Virus record (IMG/VR): IMGVR_UViG_3300049445_000358
DNA: 64,000 bases
From: a virus
Reading direction: 5' to 3' (one strand)
Shown here: piece after piece, positions 18,030-26,605 of the stretch
Layout of the letters: each line of letters opens with the position of its first letter
Numbering within the stretch: the first letter of the stretch is position 1
Made by a program: the position numbers and the translations under genes
The notes under the pieces: generated by a model
The model's database searches: none
What the model saw: only the letters and a program-made list of their open reading frames with translations
Told to the model about the DNA's origin: nothing

Positions 18030-18529
18030 CGAATCACTGGCCAGTGAGCTGAAGTACGGGCCGCTATGGGTTGGAGGCTAGCGCCTCCTTCCCTGCTCTC
18101 GTACGTTGGTCGGAAACAAACCATCGGCAAGGCCAGCGACCCGTACTCAGCGACGAGTCCAACGTTGTCAAGGTCCGACGTCATGAACAGGATGCACGCC
18201 CCGGTACGCAGCCTGCAAGCATCGCCGAGGGCTCCTTTGATGGAGGTAGGCGAGGAAGCGGTAGGCTGTGGGCATAAGTCCTAGGCAAACCCGGGGTATT
18301 GGAGGACGGCGGTTTGCGTGTGCTCCCTAGGTTGACCATGCTACGACCGTTCCCGAGGCTTTGGGGGTTGTGCCTGACGAACAGATGACGCTGCGTGAAA
18401 CAACCTCCACTGTTTTAGTAGGGACGGCTTCGGAGGGTGTGCCGTAAACACCTTCCACTCTGACGTGATGTGCCGCTATCGAGCTAGCGACATGTTACTC
18501 CTCAAAACTTGGCCCGGTAGCTGTAACTT
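18030..18529 (+). ncRNA. Candidate structured non-coding RNA (~500 nt)
   Basis: No convincing CDS; several nested stems and an H-type pseudoknot (see findings). Confidence 0.55.
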
Positions 18530-19087
18530 ATGGACTCGCCCCAGGCGCTAACACTTGCTGAGTTAGTCGGCGAAGGAGCGGTTTCGCAGCTGCCGGGCTC
18601 TTCTTTTTTCGAGTTCTACCAAAAGGTAAAGGGGCGACCACCAGTCGAAACCCTACCGTACGAGATTATAGGCTTGGACCCTGGAGAGACCACAGGCGTC
18701 AGTGTTTGGACCAGGACAGGCTCGGAATTCCAGGTGCAGTCATTCCAGATCAACACCTCCATCATCGAATGGGGCGTTGACAAGTTTAACATCCTACTCC
18801 AACGTTCTCCAGGCAAGTGTGTAGTCATAGAGAACTACCGCGTGTATAGTTGGAAGGCCAAGATACATAGCTGGCAGGAGCTCCTCACTCCCCGGTTGAT
18901 CGGGGTGGCTGAGACCTTCTGCCGTCTGGGTTCGATCCCGATCGTCAAGCAGATGGCACAACAAGGGAAGTCGTTCGCAACTGACGACAAGCTAGAACAA
19001 TGGGGCCTCTACCTTAAGGGGAGACCTCATGCCATGGATGCTACACGTCACGTCTGTCAGCTACTACTCTTCGGAGAATGGAAGTAA
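18530..19087 (+). CDS. ruvC: RuvC-like Holliday junction resolvase
   Basis: IIGLDPGETTG, VVIENY, HAMDA. Confidence 0.8.
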   Translation: MDSPQALTLAELVGEGAVSQLPGSSFFEFYQKVKGRPPVETLPYEIIGLDPGETTGVSVWTRTGSEFQVQSFQINTSIIEWGVDKFNILLQRSPGKCVVIENYRVYSWKAKIHSWQELLTPRLIGVAETFCRLGSIPIVKQMAQQGKSFATDDKLEQWGLYLKGRPHAMDATRHVCQLLLFGEWK

Positions 19088-19830
19088 TGATGCAAAGGAG
19101 CAAGTCAGCAATCGTAGCTTTGCTCCTAGCCACAACGGCTTGCGGAGGATCACCCTTGGCTCCGCTTCAGCCGGGAAAGGTCAGGATCTCCGACCCTATG
19201 CAGTACCTGGCTCAATCGCGAGCACCCGACGGTAACGTAGCAACTCCCCTACACGACTACGACCCGATAGCTTATCGCAGGTTCGACTTCGGGCACTCTC
19301 AAGCGTCAGACAGCTTCCTGACTGGCCCGACTTCGGCGATCACAACCTGGAGCTACTCTCCCTGGAATGAGTTCACCGACGCCAACGGTGATGGTGGGGA
19401 GACCTATGAGCTCCAGGGCGATAAGGTGTTGATCACCAGCACGAAGCATATGGGCATCCCTACGACAGCCATCTCATGGGTCGCCCTACGTACCGACACC
19501 GTAGATTGCTCGCAGGGTTGGACGACCTACTCTCCACTCGAGCGAGGGTGTAGAGTAGCAGTCACATACCCGAACATCGGACCAGTAGACACGATCGTCA
19601 GTGAGCATCTCAACCCAGTTGAACAGTTTGTTGAACGCATATTCCTGGGACGAGGCTGGGGCAGACTAGCATGGCAGACGTTCCGAGCCTCGGGACAGCC
19701 AGTCAAGGACCGTTGCCCCGACTTCGGATGGAGCACCTATGCGAGCTGGGCTCTAACCGATTGTCGGTATGCCCTCAATGTCGAGCAGGCATCAGGCAAT
19801 CTAACAGGAAAGAATCTCTGGCACCCCTAG
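19078..19830 (+). CDS. Lipoprotein
   Basis: Basic N-terminus, hydrophobic core and lipobox LATTA-C; true start probably 19087 or 19090. Confidence 0.7.
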   Translation: MEVMMQRSKSAIVALLLATTACGGSPLAPLQPGKVRISDPMQYLAQSRAPDGNVATPLHDYDPIAYRRFDFGHSQASDSFLTGPTSAITTWSYSPWNEFTDANGDGGETYELQGDKVLITSTKHMGIPTTAISWVALRTDTVDCSQGWTTYSPLERGCRVAVTYPNIGPVDTIVSEHLNPVEQFVERIFLGRGWGRLAWQTFRASGQPVKDRCPDFGWSTYASWALTDCRYALNVEQASGNLTGKNLWHP

Positions 19831-19853
19831 TAAGCGAGCGGGATAACCTAACC

Positions 19854-20423
19854 ATGCAGTCCGATAATGAGAGAGCTTGGGAACGGAGTAAGCGAGAGGG
19901 CGTCAACCCGAAAGACCTGATCGGGGTCACCAAAGTCCCCTTCCAAGTCGTTCCTTGGCCGGCTGTCGCTTACATGTCGTTCTGCATGTATGATGGAGGA
20001 GTCAAGTACGCTCCCGTCAACTGGCGTGACATCGCCGTCAAGCTAAGCATCTACGCCGAAGCTGGGCTAGGCCACTTCGCTTCGATCCTCGACGGCAAGG
20101 ACTATGATCCCGTCACTGCATTACACCATGCGGGCTATGCTATGTCGTGCGGAGCGATCATCCTTGATGCCTTGATCACCGACAGCCTCATCGACGACCG
20201 CTTTGCAGTGCGTCGCCAACGTCCAGGGGCTCTGGCATCACGCGACATCGTCGGCTACCCAGAAGGCAGGCCAGGTGCCATCAAGGAGATGATCGCCAAG
20301 CCTCTCCGTCTCGATCCTATCGGTTCTATACCGGTACCTCCGCCTCAACCGTCAGCAGATCCCGAACCGGTACCTGCACCTGAGAGTCTGGTCCCAGACG
20401 GAGGTCGGGAGGAGCCGTTCTAA
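19854..20423 (+). CDS. DUF5664-type dATP/dGTP pyrophosphohydrolase domain protein
   Basis: NPKDLIGVTK...GGVKYAPVNWR...DPVTALHHAGYA...DDR. Confidence 0.75.
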   Translation: MQSDNERAWERSKREGVNPKDLIGVTKVPFQVVPWPAVAYMSFCMYDGGVKYAPVNWRDIAVKLSIYAEAGLGHFASILDGKDYDPVTALHHAGYAMSCGAIILDALITDSLIDDRFAVRRQRPGALASRDIVGYPEGRPGAIKEMIAKPLRLDPIGSIPVPPPQPSADPEPVPAPESLVPDGGREEPF

Positions 20424-20464
20424 CCTGCTCAACTAGCCAAAAACCAACCTGAGGAGTAACCACT

Positions 20465-20785
20465 ATGAAGATCAGAGCCCTCAAATATGGGACTCTAGAG
20501 GTAGTCGGAGCCGTCGAAATCCAGGACATGCAGATGTCCAGCGCCCATGCCTTCAAGCTTGAGGACAAGCCGGTCCCAGAGATGGTAGCTTGTGGCAAGA
20601 CTCCCTACTGGATCGACGACGAGAACAATCCTATTGTCGAGTACGACGGAGGCACCTGGGATATGCGCTCCACTCGGATGGAGTTCTTCCTGGAGGTCCC
20701 GGAGGAGTTCATCGGCCGACTGCCTGGCTGGATCCGCATGCCTCCTAAACCGATCATGGTCCTCGGCGACTTTACAAACTGCTGA
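20465..20785 (+). CDS. Hypothetical protein
   Basis: GAGGAG RBS. Confidence 0.7.
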   Translation: MKIRALKYGTLEVVGAVEIQDMQMSSAHAFKLEDKPVPEMVACGKTPYWIDDENNPIVEYDGGTWDMRSTRMEFFLEVPEEFIGRLPGWIRMPPKPIMVLGDFTNC

Positions 20786-20796
20786 CGGCTAGTCCG

Positions 20797-21129
20797 ATGG
20801 CAAATCCTGAGGCGTACACGACCTATCTCGGGAATTCCTACTACGAATGGACTTCCTTCGAGAGAGGGTTTGATGTACCGACAGCCTTCATGGAGTCTGT
20901 TCGAGTTGGCTTCCACATGCCGAGGTGTGACATGTGCCAGGACTTCCCTGAGAAGCTCGAGATAGGTAGGCTCGTTAGGCCACTCATCCACGAGCCCTCA
21001 GGGCGAATTATCCACATGCAGCATCTCGATACCGAAGTTCGGATCGAATGCCACGGCCATCGCTGGAGCTTCCAAGGGTCCCAAGCTGCTGCCTACCTAA
21101 ACGCCATGTTCGAGCCTGGACCCGGCTAG
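20797..21129 (+). CDS. Hypothetical protein
   Basis: CDMC...CHGH. Confidence 0.6.
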   Translation: MANPEAYTTYLGNSYYEWTSFERGFDVPTAFMESVRVGFHMPRCDMCQDFPEKLEIGRLVRPLIHEPSGRIIHMQHLDTEVRIECHGHRWSFQGSQAAAYLNAMFEPGPG

Positions 21130-21132
21130 CTA

Positions 21133-21645
21133 ATGGCAACCGGTAAGGCAGTAGACCGCTACAAGGACAAGCGTACGCTTGATTGGCGTAGGCGCACTAC
21201 GTATACGATCTGGTACCACATTGTACGCAGGTGCTACGAGCCTATGCATGACTCGTACTGGGAGTATGGAGGAAGAGGGATATGTGTACATGAAGAATGG
21301 CTCTATTCTCCATACTCTCAACAGCCGAGGACAAAGGCTGAGGCTTTCCGAAACTTCGTGCGAGACGCAGGTCTTCGCCCAGGACAACACGTCTCATTCG
21401 ATCGCATTGAGGTCAACGGCCATTATGAGCCGGACAATACCCGTTGGGCAAACGGTCACGTTCAGGCCAGAAACAAGCGGAACAGTCTATACATTGACGA
21501 CCCAGATAATCCCGGCACCAAAATTCCGGTTGCCGACCTAGCCGACCGTATGAAAATCCCATATCAGAAGCTCAGGTACATGCTGAAGTCCCAAGGACGC
21601 TGGCCAGGAGATGTCAACGATGGAGAGGTGGATCAAGGTGAGTGA
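21133..21645 (+). CDS. Free-standing HNH-type homing endonuclease
   Basis: RRCY...YGGRGICV...W...DRIEVNGHYEPDNTRWA...QARNKR. Confidence 0.8.
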   Translation: MATGKAVDRYKDKRTLDWRRRTTYTIWYHIVRRCYEPMHDSYWEYGGRGICVHEEWLYSPYSQQPRTKAEAFRNFVRDAGLRPGQHVSFDRIEVNGHYEPDNTRWANGHVQARNKRNSLYIDDPDNPGTKIPVADLADRMKIPYQKLRYMLKSQGRWPGDVNDGEVDQGE

Positions 21646-21835
21646 CCTGCCTGACCTATACCAGGTCTGGTGTCAGGAGTTCACAGCAGGTCTAATAATC
21701 GACACATCGGACAACCGCTGTGTCAGTGCAGCACCAATACTAGCGACACGACACAAGTTCATCGGTAAGTCCCTCAAGTACATTCAAAACGTCTGCCACA
21801 ACAGACGCTGGACGCTGGAGAAGCTCAGCCAATAA
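21611..21835 (+). CDS. Hypothetical protein
   Basis: Packed ORF, start uncertain. Confidence 0.5.
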   Translation: MSTMERWIKVSDLPDLYQVWCQEFTAGLIIDTSDNRCVSAAPILATRHKFIGKSLKYIQNVCHNRRWTLEKLSQ

Positions 21836-21847
21836 AGGAGGAGTGAC

Positions 21848-22171
21848 ATGGCACAGTCAGTTGACCTGAGTGAGAAGAGGTATTGGTACAAAGAGACAGT
21901 CGTCAAGTTCGGCAAGTTCAAGGGTGAGGATTACACCTGTGGACAGATCATGGCACTGGAGCCCTCATACCTGATCTGGTGCGACGAGAACATCGAATGG
22001 TTTAACCTCGACGAGGACTTCCGGATGGAAGTCGAAGAAGCCGTCGAGCGTGAACGGGAACACAAAAGGTCAGAGCGTCGAGGCAGTCGAGGTCGTCGGG
22101 CTCCGACTATCGTCGACCTGACTACCGGTCGCGAGTCCAACGGCATAGACGACGACGAGATCCCCTTCTGA
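21848..22171 (+). CDS. FGKxKG-domain protein (ExoX C-terminal/DUF3820-like) with an SSB-like acidic tail
   Basis: KFGKFKG...PSYLIWC; ends DDDEIPF; AAGGAGG RBS. Confidence 0.7.
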   Translation: MAQSVDLSEKRYWYKETVVKFGKFKGEDYTCGQIMALEPSYLIWCDENIEWFNLDEDFRMEVEEAVEREREHKRSERRGSRGRRAPTIVDLTTGRESNGIDDDEIPF

Positions 22172-22185
22172 GCAGCAGGACTAAC

Positions 22186-22284
22186 ATGATGTGTTGGGCA
22201 ATCGGTATACTGTTTATAATAGCTGTACTCGTCGCAGCATTTGCCTTCCCCGATAAAGGAGGAGACTACAGTTCTCGCAGATAG
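22186..22284 (+). CDS. Small membrane peptide (32 aa, not in the ORF track)
   Basis: MMCWAIGILFIIAVLVAAFAFPDKGGDYSSRR; AGGA RBS. Confidence 0.5.
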   Translation: MMCWAIGILFIIAVLVAAFAFPDKGGDYSSRR

Positions 22285-22321
22285 TCCATAGTCCTCAAGG
22301 GAGAAGAGCCGGGTTCAGCCC

Positions 22322-22397
22322 GGCTATATTTTTGCCCTATCTCCTAAAAGGCCCCAAAAAATACCTGTTGAGGTCCCATAGGAACTTATTATATAAT
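22322..22397 (+). promoter_or_regulatory. Promoter P4 with upstream box
   Basis: Box GGCTATATTTTTGCCCTAT; TTGAGG(22368)-18-TATAAT(22392). Confidence 0.8.
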
Positions 22398-22453
22398 ATA
22401 CTCAAGAATCTTAATTTACCACTACGACATCAACCAAGAGAGGAGCGAGTAGC

Positions 22454-22897
22454 ATGCGCGTATTTCGGCAGGGCGATGTCCTGATTCGGGAAGTCCCGAA
22501 GGATCATATCCCAATGATGCTAAGCGGGACGCAGACGGTCAAGCGCGACCAGCGCACTGGCAAGGTGACGTTGGCGTACGGGGAGGTCACCGGCCACCAC
22601 CACACCTTCTCGGATAAGTCGAAGGTCAACATGTTCGCGAAGGCCGGCGAGGCCGAGATGTTCGAAGGCCCCTCAGGCGGCAATAGCGGAGCTCGCGAGC
22701 TGGCTAAGCTCCGTCACGGGGTCGAAAGCGATCCCCTGATGGATCCGACCCTCCGCCGCTTCATCGACGTCCAGTCGGAAGTGGCCTTACTGGAGCACCA
22801 GGAGCACACCACGATCGAGGTGCCCAGGGGTTTCTACGAGGTTGTGATCCAGCGGGAATACGCTGGTCGTCAGGAAATCAGGCGCGTGGCGGATTAG
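22454..22897 (+). CDS. His-rich partner of the DUF6745 protein
   Basis: RQGDVL, LAYGEVTGHHH, LEHQEH, GFYEVVIQREY, C-terminal RRVAD. Confidence 0.8.
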   Translation: MRVFRQGDVLIREVPKDHIPMMLSGTQTVKRDQRTGKVTLAYGEVTGHHHTFSDKSKVNMFAKAGEAEMFEGPSGGNSGARELAKLRHGVESDPLMDPTLRRFIDVQSEVALLEHQEHTTIEVPRGFYEVVIQREYAGRQEIRRVAD

Positions 22898-23011
22898 CTG
22901 TCGCTCGCACGAACGAACGGCAGCTACGCCTGATTTGGCGGGAGGGGCCTTACCGATGTCACTGCGATCTGAGGGTTGCGCAGCTAGCGTGTCACGCTGG
23001 GACTTGTAGGC

Positions 23012-24445
23012 ATGGACTCCTCCCGTCACCTCGAGGATTTTGTAGCATCTCTCAGTAAAGGAGAGATTGTCCTCTCATACCTGAACCTTGCTGGGATCGA
23101 ACGAAAGGCGATCGCACACATGAACGAAGTTGTCGACTACTTCTTCAATACACAGCCTGCAGACCGTGCGACAGCGGAGAGGGCTATCCTCACTTTCCAC
23201 CACCATGCTAACGTCCATGGAAACCAAAATGAGTGGCTGGACCAGAAACCACAGTTCATCTGGTGTCAGTCTCCCCAAGCGATGGTCGTCATCTCCAAGG
23301 TCCTCAGCGACATCCATGAAGGCACTCGGCCAGTAAAGCCCTCAGGGATGCGTCCAGGCCCGGGCGCCAAGATCCACGCACCTGCGCGACTTCAGAACTC
23401 GGTCCGGGGAGACACTCCTGTCGAGTATCTAATCGGACAGGCCACAGATGTCTTTGACTCCCGAGGACTGGACATCAGCTTAAGGGCTATGGGGACAGTC
23501 TCAGGACACTGGTCCTCGACCGTGGAGAACGAGACGCTAGACAGCCTGTTTCGCGGAACCAGAAGAGGAGGCTCGGTCCTACGAGGAACTTGGCCATGGA
23601 GCCTGGAGAACATTGCAAGCCAAATCAGGTTCTCGATTAAGACCAACCCGGATACTACCTTGTACTCTGAGCAGGGGGGTAACGGGAAAGACGGGGAGTT
23701 AGTTGAACGCAGCCTAGCAGCTACCGAACCACATCTGTCACAGATCAAGCTTGACCCCAAGTTCTACGGGCGGAGGCTCAAGCTGAGGCATGCATGGTTA
23801 GGACAACATGCAGTAGACGATCACTCCTATACAGATCTTGCATGGGCGCTACGTAGGTCATGTAACTGGGTCATGGACTATGGCTCATTCGTGTTCTGCT
23901 GCGAGCGTCCTGCAGAGATTCACTACCAAGACCTCGGCACAGGAACTACAAGGTATCGGCTCCACAATGAGAATGGGCCTGCAGTTAGGTTCCACGACGG
24001 CTGGCAGATGCATGTGCTTAGTGGAGTCGGTGTACCAGACTTCGTTGTCGAGAAACCCCACTTGATCACTACATTCAAGATCAACCGAGAAGGGAACCAG
24101 GAAGTCCGGCGGATCATGATCGACCGCTTCAAGTTCGGCGAGCAGCCCTCAGGGATCGCCGCTTACGTGATCGCCTGTGGAGCAAAGCGCATCAGCCATG
24201 ACGAACGCTGGGGAACCCTCTGGAGGTTCAGGAACGCACAGCTTGCGAGATCGATGGGCGAGATCGAGGACGAGACATACGTCATGCTCGAGGTCGTTAA
24301 TCGCTCTCCAGAACCCGATGGGTCGTTCAAACGCTACTACTTGCGGGTTCCGCCTAACATGCGCACGGCACATCAAGCGGCAGCCTGGACATTCGGGTTC
24401 ACCGGTGCAGAGCTCGACCTCTACTACCCCTTACAGGAGTCGTAA
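23012..24445 (+). CDS. DUF6745 domain protein
   Basis: CERP...LHNENGPAVRFHDGW...NQEVRRIMI...VNRSPEPDGSFKRYYLRVPP...AAAWTFG...P-x-x-ES. Confidence 0.8.
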   Translation: MDSSRHLEDFVASLSKGEIVLSYLNLAGIERKAIAHMNEVVDYFFNTQPADRATAERAILTFHHHANVHGNQNEWLDQKPQFIWCQSPQAMVVISKVLSDIHEGTRPVKPSGMRPGPGAKIHAPARLQNSVRGDTPVEYLIGQATDVFDSRGLDISLRAMGTVSGHWSSTVENETLDSLFRGTRRGGSVLRGTWPWSLENIASQIRFSIKTNPDTTLYSEQGGNGKDGELVERSLAATEPHLSQIKLDPKFYGRRLKLRHAWLGQHAVDDHSYTDLAWALRRSCNWVMDYGSFVFCCERPAEIHYQDLGTGTTRYRLHNENGPAVRFHDGWQMHVLSGVGVPDFVVEKPHLITTFKINREGNQEVRRIMIDRFKFGEQPSGIAAYVIACGAKRISHDERWGTLWRFRNAQLARSMGEIEDETYVMLEVVNRSPEPDGSFKRYYLRVPPNMRTAHQAAAWTFGFTGAELDLYYPLQES

Positions 24446-24448
24446 CAG

Positions 24449-25363
24449 ATGTCCTTCAGGCAACCAATGCTTGCAGTAGATACGTCTCTAATGTATCTGG
24501 AGAGCCTCTTCGTAACCACCAACGATGCCTTCTACATGTCAACTAAGTTTGACGGAATTAGGGGGTCCGTAGTTGACGGAGTTCTAGTCTCCAGAACCCT
24601 GAAGTTTATCCCTAACTACTACATCCGGTCGATCCTAAGTCGGCCAGAATTCGAAGGCTTAGATGGCGAGTTGGTGGTAGGGGCACCTTGTGGCGAAGGA
24701 GTTATGTCCCGATCGAGCTCGGGAGTGATGTCAAGAGAAGGCAGACCCGACTTCAAGTTTTACGTATTTGACAAGCATGATCTTGACGGAGTCTTCATGG
24801 ACCGTCACGAGTACCTACAGACCAGACCTTGGATGGGACATCCCGGGGCGGAGTTCATCGAGTTAGTAGATCAGCATCTGGTGACCTCAATCGATCAGGT
24901 GGCGGAACTGGAAGAACGGTTTGTAACCGAGGGGTATGAAGGGGCGATTCTCAAGTGGGTAGCATCTCCTTACAAGCAGGGAAGGTCGACCCTGAGAGAA
25001 CGTTACATGATGAAGCTAAAGCGCTTCAAGGACTCTGAGGGTACAGTTACCGGCTTTGAGGAGTTGATGCACAATGACAACGAGGCGACAATCGACGATA
25101 GAGGCTACACTAAGAGGAGTAGCCATAAGGACAATAAGCGACCTGGCAACACTCTTGGAAAGCTCGTCATACAAGATCTCCACAGACCCGAGTGGACTCC
25201 TAAAGTTGGAACTGGCTTTGATGCCGAAACCAGGAAGGAGATCTGGGACAACCAGGAACAGTACCTCGGCAAAATCGCCAAGTATAAATACCTCCCAGTC
25301 GGAACCCTCGAGCAACCCAGACACCCAGTCTTCCTCGGCTTCCGTGACTCCTCCGACCTCTGA
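24449..25363 (+). CDS. lig: ATP-dependent DNA ligase (minimal type)
   Basis: KFDGIR, LDGEL, YVFD, EGAILK, KLKRF, OB-fold GTGF. Confidence 0.92.
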   Translation: MSFRQPMLAVDTSLMYLESLFVTTNDAFYMSTKFDGIRGSVVDGVLVSRTLKFIPNYYIRSILSRPEFEGLDGELVVGAPCGEGVMSRSSSGVMSREGRPDFKFYVFDKHDLDGVFMDRHEYLQTRPWMGHPGAEFIELVDQHLVTSIDQVAELEERFVTEGYEGAILKWVASPYKQGRSTLRERYMMKLKRFKDSEGTVTGFEELMHNDNEATIDDRGYTKRSSHKDNKRPGNTLGKLVIQDLHRPEWTPKVGTGFDAETRKEIWDNQEQYLGKIAKYKYLPVGTLEQPRHPVFLGFRDSSDL

Positions 25364-25513
25364 GGAGTGTCCTGGAGTCCGAGGTAAATGTTGGGATCTA
25401 GGGCCGTCGTTTCCTACATGCCCGGCAAAGGACTGTCCAAAGATAGGAGCGGGCCGATCAGGTTACCGAGCACCGCTGGGACCTAGCTTCATCACCAGAA
25501 ATGTGAGCCGTCA

Positions 25514-25960
25514 ATGAAGACCTCCAACCGTGGTGTACAGAAGAAAGCAAAGACGTGGAGACTGACCCCAAAGGGTGAGGAGGCCGTAGATCGTCTCGTA
25601 CCTCAAGAGTGCAAGTACATAAGGGTACCTGCCTTTGGGGTAGCAGCTGCTCGGATGCGCGAGATCCGATTGTGGCTTGGCCAGTTCGATGATCGAAAGC
25701 TCGAGCAGATCCTCAGGGCCAATGTCGCCGGGATTATGGGACCCAACAATAGGGTGGCAGCAAGACTTGAGGGGGAGAAGGCAGGTGACTACGAGTTCTC
25801 CGGGAGGGAAGATGCCATCGAACAACTCGTCTCGCTCGGGTTCTCCCACTCCTACTCCCCAGGGCAGCTTGAGGCGAGGGCGTCGGAAGAGCTCCGACTC
25901 CAACGACTATACACTGGAGGAACTGAAGGAGATCAAGGACCTAGTGCTGGGTCAAGTTGA
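25514..25960 (+). CDS. Hypothetical protein
   Basis: ORF 148 aa. Confidence 0.55.
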   Translation: MKTSNRGVQKKAKTWRLTPKGEEAVDRLVPQECKYIRVPAFGVAAARMREIRLWLGQFDDRKLEQILRANVAGIMGPNNRVAARLEGEKAGDYEFSGREDAIEQLVSLGFSHSYSPGQLEARASEELRLQRLYTGGTEGDQGPSAGSS

Positions 25961-26108
25961 GTTCCTTGATTCGGAGCTTGACAATCCCCAGAACACTACA
26001 GACCTAGAGTTCGAGCGGACGAAACATCTAAGGCAGTACGAGATATGCAGTCGAATTCTAACCAAGACAGTCGAGAAGATCAAGCAGCTCGTTTCATCAG
26101 GGGAATGA
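25869..26108 (+). CDS. Hypothetical coiled-coil protein (TTG start assumed)
   Basis: The helical C-terminal part of ORF 25677..26108 looks coding; its TGA overlaps the Fic ATG. Confidence 0.4.
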   Translation: MRRGRRKSSDSNDYTLEELKEIKDLVLGQVEFLDSELDNPQNTTDLEFERTKHLRQYEICSRILTKTVEKIKQLVSSGE

Positions 26109-26605
26109 TGCAGTCGGAGGCCCTTGAGGACTTCATCCGTGAAAGTAATATCATAGAGGGCATTATCAAGCCGAAGGACATCCAAGAGACGGCCGCTTAC
26201 ATGTCTCTCTTAGGGCTGAAGAGAATGACGTTGCACATTCTCAACAGGTTCCAAGAGATAATCGCTCCAGACAAGCCTCTCAGACGTCTAAAGGGCATGG
26301 ACGTCTATGTCGGCAACCATATTCCTCCGCCAGGAGGATCAAACATCGTCGAGATGTACGAAGAGATCATCCTGATGGCCAACCAGGATGAAGATCCTTG
26401 GAAGGTCCATCTCCTCTTCGAGGATCTACATCCGTACATGGACGGCAACGGTCGTACTGGTCGAGCCTTGTGGATGTGGCAGATGCACAAGCAGGGCCGC
26501 GATCCGTTCCAGCGGTCATTCCTCCACCAGTTCTACTACGACACCCTCTCACGCACCAGGGCAGGAATAGCCTATGCAAAGCCAGCTGACCCCGGCCAAG
26601 GTTAA
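26105..26605 (+). CDS. Fic/Doc family protein
   Basis: Motif HPYMDGNGRTGR; ESNIIEG. Confidence 0.9.
   Translation: MMQSEALEDFIRESNIIEGIIKPKDIQETAAYMSLLGLKRMTLHILNRFQEIIAPDKPLRRLKGMDVYVGNHIPPPGGSNIVEMYEEIILMANQDEDPWKVHLLFEDLHPYMDGNGRTGRALWMWQMHKQGRDPFQRSFLHQFYYDTLSRTRAGIAYAKPADPGQG

Noticed and set aside
18363-18420. Active hammerhead ribozyme
   Set aside because: No stem I in a type III reading, and the cleavage-site base would be G; the type I reading fails to pair stem I. Kept only as a hammerhead-like module.
19854-20423. 2-aminoadenine (Z) genome
   Set aside because: No PurZ/PurA-like gene in the window; the que/dpdA evidence points to guanine modification.
22895-23011. Stop-codon readthrough fusing the DUF6745 pair (same frame)
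   Set aside because: A second in-frame stop (TGA) lies 12 codons after the TAG.
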